Assembly (NCBI RefSeq): GCF_006345805.1
Contig: NC_043006.1
Span: forward strand, 72,230,001 to 72,294,000
Origin: Octopus sinensis
Lineage: Eukaryota
Direction of reading: 5' to 3'
DNA length: 64,000 bases
Positions 38,180 to 51,164 of this stretch are shown here, piece by piece (within the stretch, counting starts at the first letter, position 1; each line of letters opens with the position of its first letter). A model generated the notes under the pieces. It was not told where the DNA came from. It saw only the letters and a program-made list of their open reading frames with translations, and ran no database searches. The position numbers and the translations under genes were made by a program.

Positions 38180-39950
38180 TACATCACTGAGTGCAGTTTG
38201 TTGGCCTTGAGTATGTTATTTTAGTTTTGTTCTTACTATTGTGTTGACAATATTCTACGTCATTGTGTCATTGTACGTCTATAATCCTATTTTGTTGGTA
38301 TTTCATAATCCTGTCACAATTTTCAGTGAATGAAAGCATCAATTCTATCAAGCTTACAGATGTATTCTGTCTTGGTTAAGACAATGTGATTTTTCTTCCT
38401 ATCCTTCACTTGTTTTGCAATTACTTAATGTATTCTGTTACATTTCATACTTTTGGTAGTTTTTAATAAGAACGCTTTGAACCTATGCCGTAAAGGATAA
38501 TCTTTCCGTAAAAGCCTCATGTCCTGCGCTTCTTAGCCACTGTCACCACTTTTCTTTGCAGGTTTTTTTCAGATATAAGTCGTGGAAGGACTTTTCTTGT
38601 CAACATTATAGCAAGGTATTTTTCATTTCCATTATTAGCTATGTTTTTAGACTTCTAACAATTTTTCTTATTCCCCCCATTCTCTTCACAATTGTCTATC
38701 ACTTCAGGTGTCTTTTATTTCTTGGCTCTTTTGAAAACCAAATGATTTTTTGTTGCTTTGTTCATTTTTCCATAACAATTTCTAGTCTTCCATTTTCTAG
38801 TCCCACATGAAAAATTTTATAATTATATAGTTTCATATTTGTGATACATATAATCTTTCTACGTCAAAATTTGGGATGTGTATTCTAAATTTAGCCAATA
38901 TCTTTCTTGCATTTGTCTGTCTTTATAGTTTATTTAGCACCCAGCTGAGTATATAACTATAACATCATTGGGAACATCTAGATTATTGATAGCTATTACT
39001 TTGTTTTGTAATTAACTCTGCTTAAATATTAATCTATTGCATTCATATATAATAATCCTCACTCTAACATTTCGTTTCAGTTATATGTATTGTACACTCA
39101 CTGTCTACTTCTGTGATTCTTAAATATTTATAAGTCCGTGTTGTAATCCTTTTAACCATGTTTCTTTATCAAACACCATGTCATCGTTTGAGATAAATTT
39201 TCCTCATTTTAAAACTACCCTGGTTAATTTTTTCTAATCCAAAATATCACTTAGAATTCTGTTGTAAATCAATGTAGTGTCTGCAGTGGAGGTCTTATTC
39301 TTATTATCTGCAGCGTAAATAAAACTTGGCGTCATTTTCAGAGAAAAGTTGAATGTTCTATTGCATTTGTATTCGAGTCTAGTCCTGCGTAAGATGTTGA
39401 TTGGAGGTTTTAGCGCCATGCACAAAAGGAGTGGAGAAACAAAGAGAGAGAGAGAGAGAGTGTGTGTGTGTGTGTGTATCCCCTTGGAATATTCCTCTTC
39501 TAATAGAGATGCGATATAGTTTTTATAATTCTTTTTTCGTCTGTATCTATAGAATTGTTTGCCACTTACTCACGGCTAATATTTCAAAGGTCCACGTGTA
39601 TGAAGCTAAAAGTGTTCTGGTAGTCAATGCATGTTATGCTGAAATCTTTCATTATCCTTTTTGAATCTTCAATTATGGCTTTGTTGAACCGTAACTGTTA
39701 TCTAAACCATATGAGTTTTGTAGTTTCCTTTCTGTTTTTCGAGATTTAAGTAATTTTTTTCTAGTTTTTTTTTTATTATTCTCTGCAATATTATTTCAGT
39801 CAAGATTTTATAAGCTGCAGGATGGCAGGTTATAAGCCTGTAGCTTTTAAAATTTGCAGTTCATTAATCTTATTTGTAGCACACGTAAGATAGTTTGGCG
39901 TATTTTGCGTATGAAGTCAAAAGCAGATTTAAAAAGAAATACTTTATATA
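38180..39950 (-). mobile_element. Heavily decayed R4/Dong-like RT-RLE fragment
   Basis: YRLITCHPAAYKILT, NKAIIEDSK..IDYQNTF, ISIRRGIFQGD | microsatellite | LLFCMALKP, YKYLRI, VIAINNL, and a degenerate zinc-finger region. Confidence 0.7.
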
Positions 39951-40104
39951 TTTTAATTATTTGCCTTAGCTAAATAATTAACATTACAAAAAAATTATTA
40001 TAATTATTTCTTTATTTAATAAATTAAACAAAATTGTCAGGAATTTATATTTAGAAATTTCTTATTAAAAATATTTTTAGAAATATAATTTAATCATTTT
40101 TTAG

Positions 40105-40126
40105 GTGAATGTTGCGACATCTCGCG
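40105..40126 (+). CDS. Candidate 22-nt micro-exon (VNVATSR)
   Basis: tttaatcattttttag| ... cgcg|gtaaat; phase 0-1 bridges exons 29397 and 40709. Confidence 0.55.
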
Positions 40127-40404
40127 GTAAATAAGGGTGTCATGATGCACCATTTCGGAACCCTGGGTTCGAAAGTCTATTCTAATCCAGCATTAAGTTT
40201 AAATTAAGATTATTTTCTTTGTAAATTTTATGCGAAAATATAGTCGTAAGTTTGGTTGTTTTTATTTATTTATTTATTTTAGGGTAGTCGTAAAATAAAT
40301 ATGTATTCCTCTCGTATCCATTTCCGTCTTTTCTTATCGGTTTGCAAGACGTAAGGAATAAACACCAATTTTGTATATATATTATTAAAATTTTCGTCGC
40401 TTAT

Positions 40405-40605
40405 TTAGGCGACGAGTTGGCAGAATCGTTAACACGCCGGGCAAAAATGTTCAGCGACATTTTGTCCATCCTTGCGTTCTAAGTTCAAATTCCAGTGAAA
40501 TGGACTCGGCCTCTCTGAGTCGATAAAAAAAAGTATCATTTGAACACTGAAGTCGATGTAATCGACTATTCGAAATTTCTGACCTTGTGTCAGCAATTTG
40601 AAACA
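40405..40605 (+). mobile_element. Family A SINE (sense)
   Basis: aggcgacgagttggcagaatcgttaacacgccgggc...cttgtgtcagcaatttgaaac. Confidence 0.88.
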
Positions 40606-40708
40606 AAAATTTATCGTTTGTTTGTTTCTGACAATGTCACGTTTTATATGCTCCATTCCTTTGTACTTGTTATCAACTCAAAGTACGTATTCCTCTTTTA
40701 ACGCTCAG

Positions 40709-40894
40709 CCGAGCTGAGTGAGATGGCTTCTGTGGGCAGTTTTGTCATTAGAATTGTGATGAATCGGTCTCGACGCTTCAAGATTGAATCGGCCAGGCAC
40801 TTCATTAGTTTGTTTAAACCTGATATCCAAAACCTGGTTAGTACAAAAACTTGTAATGCATTAGTAATAAGATTAAATATCAATGAATTTCAAG
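40709..40894 (+). CDS. Candidate 186-nt exon (AELSEMASVGSFVIRIVMNRSRRFKIESARHFISLFKPDIQNLVSTKTCNALVIRLNINEFQ)
   Basis: ttcctcttttaacgctcag| ... caag|gtaaat; open frame; phase 1-1. Confidence 0.58.
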
Positions 40895-40943
40895 GTAAAT
40901 TGCTGTATTACTTTTACAGTTATCCTTCAGGCTGTTCGTCGTT

Positions 40944-41042
40944 TTGATGCTTCGCTTCGATTATTCATTTGTACGTAGACTGAATCTATTGATGCTTCGC
41001 TTCGATTATTCATTTGTACGTAGACTGAATCTATTTGATGCT
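40944..41042. repeat. Perfect 45-bp tandem duplication (2 copies + partial)
   Basis: ttgatgcttcgcttcgattattcatttgtacgtagactgaatcta at 40944 and 40989. Confidence 0.95.
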
Positions 41043-41167
41043 TTGTTTACATGTGATAACCGAAATAAGGTCAGCACGAATAATCTAATACATTGTGTTG
41101 TGTCATATTCCATTAATCCAAATAAATTTGTTGTTGCAAACACCATCTTTTACTCCTTTGCTTTCAG

Positions 41168-41200
41168 AGGTTTTGTTCAACATAATAATCAGCATTGAAC
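41168..41200 (+). CDS. Candidate 33-nt exon (EVLFNIIISIE)
   Basis: atcttttactcctttgctttcag| ... gaac|gtaagc; phase 1-1. Confidence 0.58.
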
Positions 41201-41244
41201 GTAAGCTGTCTTGGTCAGCATGCAAAATGCACACTGTCAATATC

Positions 41245-41435
41245 AGCTTCAAATTTTGGCACAAGGCCAGCAATTTCAGGGGAGGGGTAGTTTGATAATA
41301 TCGGCCCCCAGTACCTGAGTAGTACTTTAGTTTATCGTCTCCAAAAGGATAAAAAGGCAAGGTCGACCTTGGCAGAAATTGAACTCAGAACGTAAAGACG
41401 GACGAAATGCTGCTAAGCATTCGCCCGGCGCCTTG
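41245..41435 (-). mobile_element. Family A SINE (antisense)
   Basis: ttcaaattttggcacaaggccagc...gaactcagaacgtaaagacggacgaaatg. Confidence 0.88.
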
Positions 41436-41834
41436 CATACTGCCACAACTAGCACGACAACGATATCATATTTCTCAGAAACGAATTGTTTTAATTGTTT
41501 TCGTTTATCAAGAAATGTAACTGACACTGTTGGCAAAGTTTGCTGAACTATCAATATTCATCACGTCTATGCTTAAAAAAAATAAATAAATAAAGGAAGC
41601 CATTGATTTATTATTTTAATTCTACCAGAATGACACTCTTAGACAATTATTGTCTTATTTGTTCCCATTAATACGTCAAGCTCCTCTTCAAATTTCAATG
41701 AGTGATCCAACAAATCCCTTTTGTTAGCTATTATGCAGTCTTGATTTTGCTTTATTCAAAGCAATTCAGAAGTTCGGAGGTATACATCTACTTGACTGGC
41801 AGTGTTAATTTGCATTTTAATATTAACTTTGCTG

Positions 41835-41965
41835 GGCATTTCGTCTGTCTTTTCTAAGTTCAAATTCCACCGAAGTCGACTTTGCTTTTCATCCTTGCGG
41901 CGTCGATAAAATAAGCACCAGCTGATCACTGGAGTCGATGTAACCGACTCACATCCTCCCTCATT
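41835..41965 (+). mobile_element. Family A SINE, partial
   Basis: aagttcaaattccaccgaagtcgactttgcttttcatcc. Confidence 0.8.
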
Positions 41966-42403
41966 GCAGTACTTTTTTAAAACCAATTTTATAAAAACTT
42001 ACACATTCCTCATTTTCAATTTATTAAATTTCCTCTAGCTTTCTTGTATATTCATGTACTGCTTAAAAGGATTTTTTTCCTTCATTTAAAACATTTTATC
42101 AAATGCACGTCATTTGAATGGTGCATGAAGATATAAACAAAAATGAAATTTGGAACCAGATTTATGCTTGTTTCTGTCAACATGTGATACAGTCATATCA
42201 TCCAAAAGTTGTCATCAGAAATTTAAAAATTATTTCAAGCTGTTGAATGAATTTAGTGTATGCATTCAGTTTTGGGTCAAATGACTGTAAACATTCTAAT
42301 GCTCAGATGATTGCAAACCATTTTATGAATTTTAATTCAAATCATATTATTTTTCCTACACGCTATTCGTGAATTCAGTTATTTTTCAAATTCATAAAAA
42401 CAG

Positions 42404-43121
42404 ACGTACTTAAGAAATCTGAGGAAATCGTTGAACTGACTCAGTCAGATATCGACATAAGAATCTTACGTTTCCAGAATGTACCGATTTCTGTTTTGAC
42501 ACGAATTGATGGCATTATTGTATGTCTTGTCCTGCAAAAATCCAGGTTCCGCGTATATCTCCATTACAGGAAATATGCTTTTAACCCATTTTAACGCTTG
42601 CAACAGTTCTTTTGACTGACGTATCGTACTGCATCTCTCCGAGTAAAGTTGTTGGCGCTTCCGGTCCTTTAGGTGTTGAAGCTTTATTCAACTGAATAAA
42701 TGCTTTTACACTAGACTGGTAGCCATCTCTTTTCCTTCTCTACCTTCTCTTCCTCCTCTTCTTCATTATCATCAGCATAGTCATTATCATCATTGTCGTT
42801 ATCATCATGATCATGCTCATCATTAACTACTGAGTCGTAAAGACGCTTCCTTTTGGTACTCCTGACACTGGAAAAATGTTACCATCCCAAGTGGGTGAAT
42901 ATCAATTCTCTCATTTGGATCCATACAAAATTGATCATTCTGAACAAGCTGAAATTTATTTCTTATCAAATAAATGAAGGCTGTCGGTTATTTTCGACAT
43001 TTTTGTGTTTCTCTTTGGAGATTTGTAAATAATGGCTATTATAACAGTGACAAAAATACGCAAGGAAAAATATCTTCTTTCAGAAAGATCTGTCTCGAGA
43101 TACAGTCGATATTCCTAAATG
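42404..43121 (+). CDS. Two weaker candidate exons (42404-42519 HVLKKSEEIVELTQSDIDIRILRFQNVPISVLTRIDGII; 43084-43121 KDLSRDTVDIPK)
   Basis: Phase-compatible with 41200. Exon 43084 has strong sites (tcttctttcag|..|gtaagt); the 42404 acceptor is weak and alternatives exist. Confidence 0.3.
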
Positions 43122-43279
43122 GTAAGTTGGTGGTTCTGGATGTGAGCATTAGCCAAAAGGTGAGCCTTCAAATTAGTAACTGTCTATGCCCCCAACAGGC
43201 GTCTGGAGGTTTCGCGACTGTAAGTCATTGAATCGTCATCTTGAATGTACGTTTAGCTTGTTTGGGGGGCTAGCTAATG

Positions 43280-44342
43280 GGATCAAGGTTGCAGAAGCGT
43301 TGCGAATCTGCTCAGACGTTTTCAACTGACTGACAGGTACCATCTGGATATCCCCAATCAGGATATTGACAAACAGCATTGGGTCACCAAGATCGTATTT
43401 CGATAGAATATTCGGTAGGCTAGCAGAGAGCGCTAGCATAAATTGTCTATAACCCAAAGTGGTCGGGGACACAGATTTACCATCTGTGTGGTCCTTCATA
43501 GATTTCATACGCAAAAAATCCGGTTACGTTCCGAAGGTAAAGCAAAAAGGAGCATGACTTTGATAAATCCACCATCCACCGTACAGCCCGGATCTGGTGC
43601 ACCTCACGACTTCTACTTTTCGGGTTTAATAAAGGACAGTCTTCGGGAACAACGATTTGATAACACAGATGAGGCGAGAGTGGTTGTGAAGAATTGAGTA
43701 CGACAGTGCACGCTCGAACTTTTTCAAAGAGGATTCTAGAGTTAGGTTGAACGATGTAACAAATGCATAGCTTAAGATGGAGACTGTGTTTAGTAGCACC
43801 TTTGGAGAGAAGTATGTGTAGTGATGCTACTGTGTAGGGTTCGGCGCGCATGCGCAGAATGGGACTACTTCCGGATGGCCACCGGAAGTCTTCCCCATGC
43901 GCATGTGCGGGAAAACGTTCCCTCGAGCCCGCGAAGCTCAAATCTCCCTCTTCGGTTAAGACAGCATTGCGACTCGGACGCGAATTCTCAGGCTCTGACA
44001 GCCACTCGTGCTACGACATAGCGCCAACGACCAGCAACCAACTTCAACAACTAACACGAAGCTGTATATCAGAGGCTGTCTTTCTCCCACCAGACACACG
44101 TACGACATCGCAATAAACAAACCAGAACTACTGTCCTTTTCACCTTTTAACCCGACTTCGTCTGTATTGTTTTCTAAGATTTTATATGTGACTAGATCGG
44201 ATATCGACACCCTTTCAGAGCTTCGATAACAGATCCTTCGTTACATATGTTACTCTGTGCTATTATGGCAATGTGAAAGATTTTTTTAGTTAATAAAAAT
44301 AGTTATATCCCCTTTTGCATTACTTTCGGTACAACACTTGTA
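43280..44342 (+). mobile_element. Mariner 3' half interrupted by a solo LTR
   Basis: HPPYSPDL..PHDFYFSGLIKDSLREQRF...KCIA*DGD. The TIR-like gcattactttcggtacaacacttg|TA ends at 44342; the left boundary is uncertain. Confidence 0.75.
43817..44245 (+). mobile_element. Solo LTR (Gypsy-like), 429 bp, 4-bp TSD TATG
   Basis: tatg|TGTAGTGA ... TCGTTACA|tatg (TSD at 43813-16 and 44246-49); AATAAA at about 44111. Confidence 0.88.
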
Positions 44343-44869
44343 TGGATACATACGCGCACGCGCGTGCGTGTCTGTATGTTTGTCTGTGCGTGTATTTGGA
44401 GAGAGAGTTTTAAATAGTTATTAATCATACTTAAAAAATCTTTAACAAAAACTAGTACGGAGACAGAGAACAGAACTACTTGATTCTGTACCTCAGTTTT
44501 CTGAGATTAAAAACTCTTCGGCATGGATTTTCTCATCCATCCTACAACATACATTATATGTATTATACTCAGCTCAACTGCTTATTAGCCACTGTAAAAA
44601 TAATTTTAAGCCTAATATAATACACACACGTATATAAACACATGTTTCACAAACATAGCACCTACATATATACATATCAATACAAATCTTTTGGCAGGAA
44701 ATCTTTAGACAACTTCTATACAGGTTTACCCATAAGACGCGTGTTTGAAAAGCTGTAAACAGCGAAAGCGCTTATACAACGCGAAAACTTCCTTCCAAAA
44801 GCTCCGTGTCGTTCTGTTTACAATGTGACTATATCCAGAATTCCCTCTAAAATCTTAAAATATTTGTAG

Positions 44870-45303
44870 GTGCGTGTGTAGTAAGAAACTTGCTTTCCAA
44901 CTGCACAGTTCCGGGTTCAATCCTACTGCTGGCACCTTGGGTGAGTGTCTTCTAATATAACCTCGGACTGACGAAAGCCTTGTGAGTGGATTTGGTAGTC
45001 AGAAACTGAAAGAATCCCGTTGTGTATATATACATTTGTGTGCATGTGTGTTTATACGTATGTGTGTGCCTGTATGTGTATCTATGCGTGTTTGTGTATA
45101 AGGTTGTTCTCCAGCCGCTTGATAACCGGTGCTGGTTTGTTTACATCCCTGTAACATCAGCGGTTTGGCAAAAGAGACCAATAGAATAAATATCAGGCTT
45201 AAAAAGGAAAATAAGTGCTGGGGCGATTTGTTCCACTTAATTTTTAAAGGCAGTGCCCCAGCATGGCAGCAAACTAATGATTGAAACCATTAAATGATAA
45301 AAG

Positions 45304-45359
<56 letters not shown>

Positions 45360-45750
45360 AGTGGGTGAATCGTAAGTGGTTTGCTTACCAACCACATGGT
45401 TCCGGGTTCAGCCCCACTGCGTGGCAACTTGGGCAAGTGTCTTCAACTATAGCCTCGGGCCGACCAAAGCCTTGTGAGTGGATTTGGTAGACGGAAACTG
45501 AAAGACGCCCGTCGTACACACACACACACACATGCTTGTGTATCTGTGTTTGTCCCCCCCCCCACCATCACTTGACAACCGAAGTTTGTTGTGTTTACGT
45601 CCCCGTAACTTAGTGGTTCGGCAAAAGAGACCGATAGAATAAATACTAGGTTTACAAAGAATAAGTCCTGGGTCGATTTGTTCGACTAAAGGCGGTACTC
45701 CAGCATGGTCTCAGTCAAATGACTGAAACAAATAAAAGAATAAAAAAGAA
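44870..45750 (+). mobile_element. Two consecutive family B SINEs separated by (TA)n
   Basis: Both carry ccttgtgagtggatttggtag..gaaactgaaaga, an internal microsatellite and the cggtttggcaaaagagacc tail. Confidence 0.88.
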
Positions 45751-45786
<36 letters not shown>

Positions 45787-45904
45787 TGTACACACATACA
45801 TGTGTGAGTGTCTGTGTGTGTGTAATAACTATAGCTAGTATATATACACCAATAAATACGCTACTTTTAGTATATATTAATCTATAAATTCACTTCTTCT
45901 ATGG

Positions 45905-46900
45905 ACAGACGTAAAGGCAAAAATTCAGATCAAAGAAAAAAACCTCCGTGACTTTCTGTTTGCTGATGATTGTGTTTTGATTTCTCTCGCATTTGAGGGA
46001 ATTCAGGAAACGGTCGACAGATTTCCTGCGGCAACTCGTCCATTTCGACTGACTATCAGCATCAAGAAGACTGAAGTTTTATTCCAACCAAGGCCTGGGA
46101 TAGGACATATTCAAGACTCAAACGTGATGATAACAAGAAGCCACTCAAGTGGTCAGATCATTTAAATATGTTGGAAGTACAATAAATGTTAAGAGTACTT
46201 TTGATGACGAAATCAATGTTAAAATAGCTAAGTGCTTTTGGAAGACTTGGCCATCGTTTGTGGGATGAACACGTTGTTAGTCTGAAAACTAAAATAAATG
46301 TATACAAATCTTGTATTTTGAGCGCACTTTTGTATGGGGTATATGCAGGAAGCCCCTACTGCAGACATAAAGACACTTGAAACCTTCCACCGTTGCTGTT
46401 TGCGTAACATATGCAACATAAAATGGCAAGATAAGATATCTAATGCCAAAATTTTAGAAAAATGTGATATCTCCAGTATACAAAGCATGCTGATGAGAAT
46501 TCAGTGCAGATAGGTAGGACATGTTCGAATGAAAAATGACTGCATTCCGAAAATTCTTCTGTATGGCCAACAAGTGGAGGGATATCGCGACAAAGGAAGA
46601 CCTCTCCTTAGGTATAAAGGCTAATTTGAAGTAATCACTAAAATCTCTACAGATTAATCTGACATCTTGGGAAAGTCATTACCTAGATCGATCTGCATGG
46701 CGTAAAATGCGTCACAATGTATCCAAACAATTTGAGTTGAAGAAAAAGAACAATAGAAGAACTATATCCCGCAACCAACAGACATATTCGCCTAACCCTA
46801 GGCATAATCAAAATCATCAATGTCCCCATTGTGACTTCATAACAAAATCCATCTCTGGACTCAAATTTACATTCACACGCATCCATCGCAAACAGATGCA
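45905..46900 (+). mobile_element. 5'-truncated RTE (BovB-like) LINE
   Basis: FLFADDC, LTISIKKTEVLFQP, FKYVGS, LKTKINVYKSCILSALLYG, FHRCCLRNICNIKWQDKISN, C-terminal CPHC..H zinc finger. Confidence 0.9.
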
Positions 46901-47009
46901 GCTTCTAAATGGTTTTTTTCTTTACTTTTCTTTCTTTCTATTACTCACTTTAGCTCTAAGTCCTCTCCTTCAAACACTCATACGACGAAACCGACGTGAG
47001 CGACCATCA

Positions 47010-47081
47010 TGTATGCATATGTGTGTATGTATGTATGTATGTATGCATATGTGTGAATATATGTATGTATGTATATGTATG

Positions 47082-47115
<34 letters not shown>

Positions 47116-47328
47116 TGTATGTATGTATGTATGTATGTATGTATGTATAGACGTAGGAGTGGCTGTGTGGTAAGTAGCTTGCGCACGAACCACATGGTTC
47201 CGGGTTAAGTCCCATTGCGTGGCACCTTAGGCAAGTGTCTTTTACTATAGAAGACCGGCCAAAGCCTTGTGAGTGGATTTGGTAGACGTAAACTGAAAGA
47301 AGCCCGTCGTATATATATATATATATAT

Positions 47329-47362
<34 letters not shown>

Positions 47363-47600
47363 ATATGTATGTATGTATGTATGTGTGTGTATATGTTTGT
47401 GTGTCTGCGTTGTCCCCCAACATCGCTTGACAACCGATGCTGGTGTGTTTACGTCCCCGTAACTTAGCGGTTCGGCAAAAGACACCGTTAGAATAAGTAG
47501 TAGGCTTACAAAGAATAAATCCTAGGGTCGATTTGCTCGACTAAAGGCGGTGCTCCAGCATGGCCACAGTCAAATGACTGAAACGAGTAAAAGAGTAAAA
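47010..47600 (+). mobile_element. (TATG)n followed by a full family B SINE (47150-47600)
   Basis: gtaggagtggctgtgtggtaagtagc...gtcaaatgactgaaacgagtaaaagagtaaaagagt. Confidence 0.9.
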
Positions 47601-50049
47601 GAGTATGCATGTATGTTTGTATGTATCTATACACACATACGCACAAACACACACAACACATCTTTATATATCTCACGTATCTATATATAAAACTCAGCCA
47701 ATGAGGGAGCATCTACGTAGTCGTCCGATATACTGTAAATAGTAGCCAAATATTCCTTAGATCATACTTTATGCTATTAAATATGGAGGGACAAATTGGA
47801 TAATGTAATCCTAGATATACTAATAAAAGGGATGATAATAACTGGAACATCTTTCGTCATAGATCAACTCCTTCAGGGTGACCGAGGGTTAAACGCAACA
47901 AAAACAAATAAATGTTTTTTTTTGTTTTTGATCGCTTTGAAATTCACTTTTGTACTGTTGCACAGTTTCCTCTTTTCAATGAAGCCTGAAGCTAGCCCCT
48001 ATGTCAATAACATACAAAAAATCAGCTTTATAAACAAGGAACTTCTAAAACAAGGAAAATATATTCATATCTAACGAAATTTTCTCAATCGGAAACACAT
48101 TTAAACATTGAAATCTGTTGTCAATTTTCTGTTTACATATAATTGTTTTCCTTCTGAGTTGACATTACACTTCACAAATATTGTTACTAAAATTTAGCTT
48201 CTTGAATATATACTAAGGAGGCACATTTTCGTACAATGGTTCTTCGTTAAGATATCGTTTTATAAGAACGTAGTTAAACAGCTAGACTTTGAAACAAACT
48301 ATAGGTTTAACATTGTTGTCTGGGAAGCTGAATTCGTATGTCTTCTGGACCTTTCAAGTCTAAATCTAGAATTATGTTATTCCAAAAGTGAATTACCATT
48401 TCACTATTCCAGACAAGGAATTATTATTGTTTAATCCCAGGTCAGCCCCGATCGAGAAGATATTACAACCATAATCATCTCATCCTTTTCTTATGTGCTA
48501 GGAATGTTGAAAAAGCTAGAAGGAATTATTATATATAGAAATACAACGTTTTGAAAGGCTGTCTGGATGATTAATTTCCAATACATTGAGCAAGACATTC
48601 AAACGGGCTGGTATCCAGTCTACAGTTCTTGTTCAGATAAATGAAATATAAATTTTAGTTCTGTCCTTATCTACTAAGTGCTCTCATTAAGAGCGAATAA
48701 TTTCCCTTTGCTACACTCTTCGATATATCTATTCATAATTATTTCATAATGTTTGACATTTTCCTTCATTGCTTTCTACTTTAACCTTCTTATAATCTTG
48801 TGATTACTATGTATTGCAATTTGTAATTATTTTGATTAACTTGTAACATTGTAACTAGGGTTTGAGAGAACTTACCAGTTGTATTTTACTACTGTGTCGC
48901 TGTTGTGCTATATTGTGTTGAGTGAAGGTGCGTGGTTTAGTGCTAAGGTCGTCGGCTCAATTCCTGGACAGAATGTCACGTTATCCTTTCAAGTAACGCA
49001 GTTTAGTTCACGTGTGAGTGTGTGTGTGCATGTAAAATAGATACAGGCGTATCCAAATGCTTAGGGAGTTCGATTCGTACTCATGCGGTTCCATCTTCGA
49101 TCCCATTGTGTGGATTCTTAGGAAAATGCCTTTTATCCTAACCAGCAGGTCGGACCAGTCCTTGTTCGTGAAACTAGACCAATGGAAAGTATGTGGAAGA
49201 CCGTCAGAGTGAGTGTACGGGTTAAGGTTAGAGATTACTTGTTAATCATTTCATAATTCTGATCGTTAATCGTGAATTCGTAAAGGAGGTGGTTGTATTT
49301 AAACCAAAGAAATGAATGCAAAAGGAAGCAATGACATCTCTTGTTGATAGCAGAAGTGCACATTGGGTTGGGGCAGATGCAATGGTGCTAAGCAAGGGAA
49401 GTTTGGTGGTTGCTAACTCTAACCTTTGGCTTAGTTGACAGGCCTACTCACCCGCTTGGATAACGCTTTTGATGCATCATGCATTGAATTTCTTGCAATT
49501 TATAAGTTTAAAAAAAAAATTTATATTTTTGCTACAGAAAATGTTCTTAAAAATAGCAGCTAGTAATTCGGAAGCTTAGAAAATGAGAACTACCTGTGGC
49601 TGTTATTCAAAAAGCCACCTTTCTCAAATACATTGCATGTGCTTGCCTTAGGATTAATGCAGAATACTCAGGTAGTGGGTCGCTAGTACAATGAGTAAGC
49701 AGTTTAGTTGAATGGACAACTAGATTACTGAGGTATGTCCTGAGCCCTAAGACTCAAAAGGCCGGAGCTTAATCCAGCTTCCATGGAGTGAAAGTGACTG
49801 AGAGCACAACACCCCATCCTATTTCGACAGAACACGACACCGGTCCGTCAAAGGATTATCGCAGGAACTCATTTTATAACTGAGTGAAATGGAGCAACCT
49901 CAAATGAAGTGTTTTGCTCAAGAAAACAACATAGTGCCCGGTCTCAGAATCGATACCCTAGTTTTACGATTGTGAATAAAACACTCTTACCACTAAGCCA
50001 CACACCTTCACAGTAGACATACAAACATATCGAATGATGAAAAAATTGC

Positions 50050-50530
<481 letters not shown>

Positions 50531-50732
50531 ATCGTTATCTATATAGGATATAGATAAAAATAATGAAATATAGAAAGAAGACCTTTTTAAAAATTCAAAA
50601 TATAATATAGAGAAAGTAATGGTCATTAAAAAGAGTTTTGTTTAACATGTTAGAGGAAAATAAGGTGTTTCAACGATCGTTTCAGGTTTCCATTCGTCCA
50701 GATTACATATGAATCTTATATATATATATATA

Positions 50733-50925
50733 TAGGGTGTTCAGAAATATTTAACAGATCGTATAAGACTACAAAAGAATATATTAGACTTTACACGACT
50801 TTAAAAAACTTTATAAGAGGTGTTGAAAGTATCGTCCTTCATTTTTGATACATAAATTGACTCTTCTACACATGTTTTGAAATACATCCTGGAGGAAAAA
50901 ATTCACTGCGAGAGAACACCCTGTA
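50733..50925 (-). mobile_element. Tc1/mariner-derived MITE retaining the transposase C-terminus
   Basis: (C/T)AGGGTGTTC ... GAACACCCTG|TA termini; minus strand reads QDVFQNMCRRVNLCIKNEGRYFQHLL*. Confidence 0.75.
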
Positions 50926-51164
50926 TATATCAAAAGAAGACCCTGTATATATCGCTCAGTTGTCCATAAGTCAGAAAAGCGCACATTCTTAGAGACATTT
51001 TTAGCAAGTATACTTTCATATAGCCTCGTAGTATATCTTTGGTTATGGCACATAAAAGAGTCAGAAAGTTACCTTTGGTTTCGCAATCATAATCTTGCAC
51101 TTGGTAATAAAGACGACTCATCAGACATGATAACCGTAACCTTCTGACCGGTTTTATGCCATAA

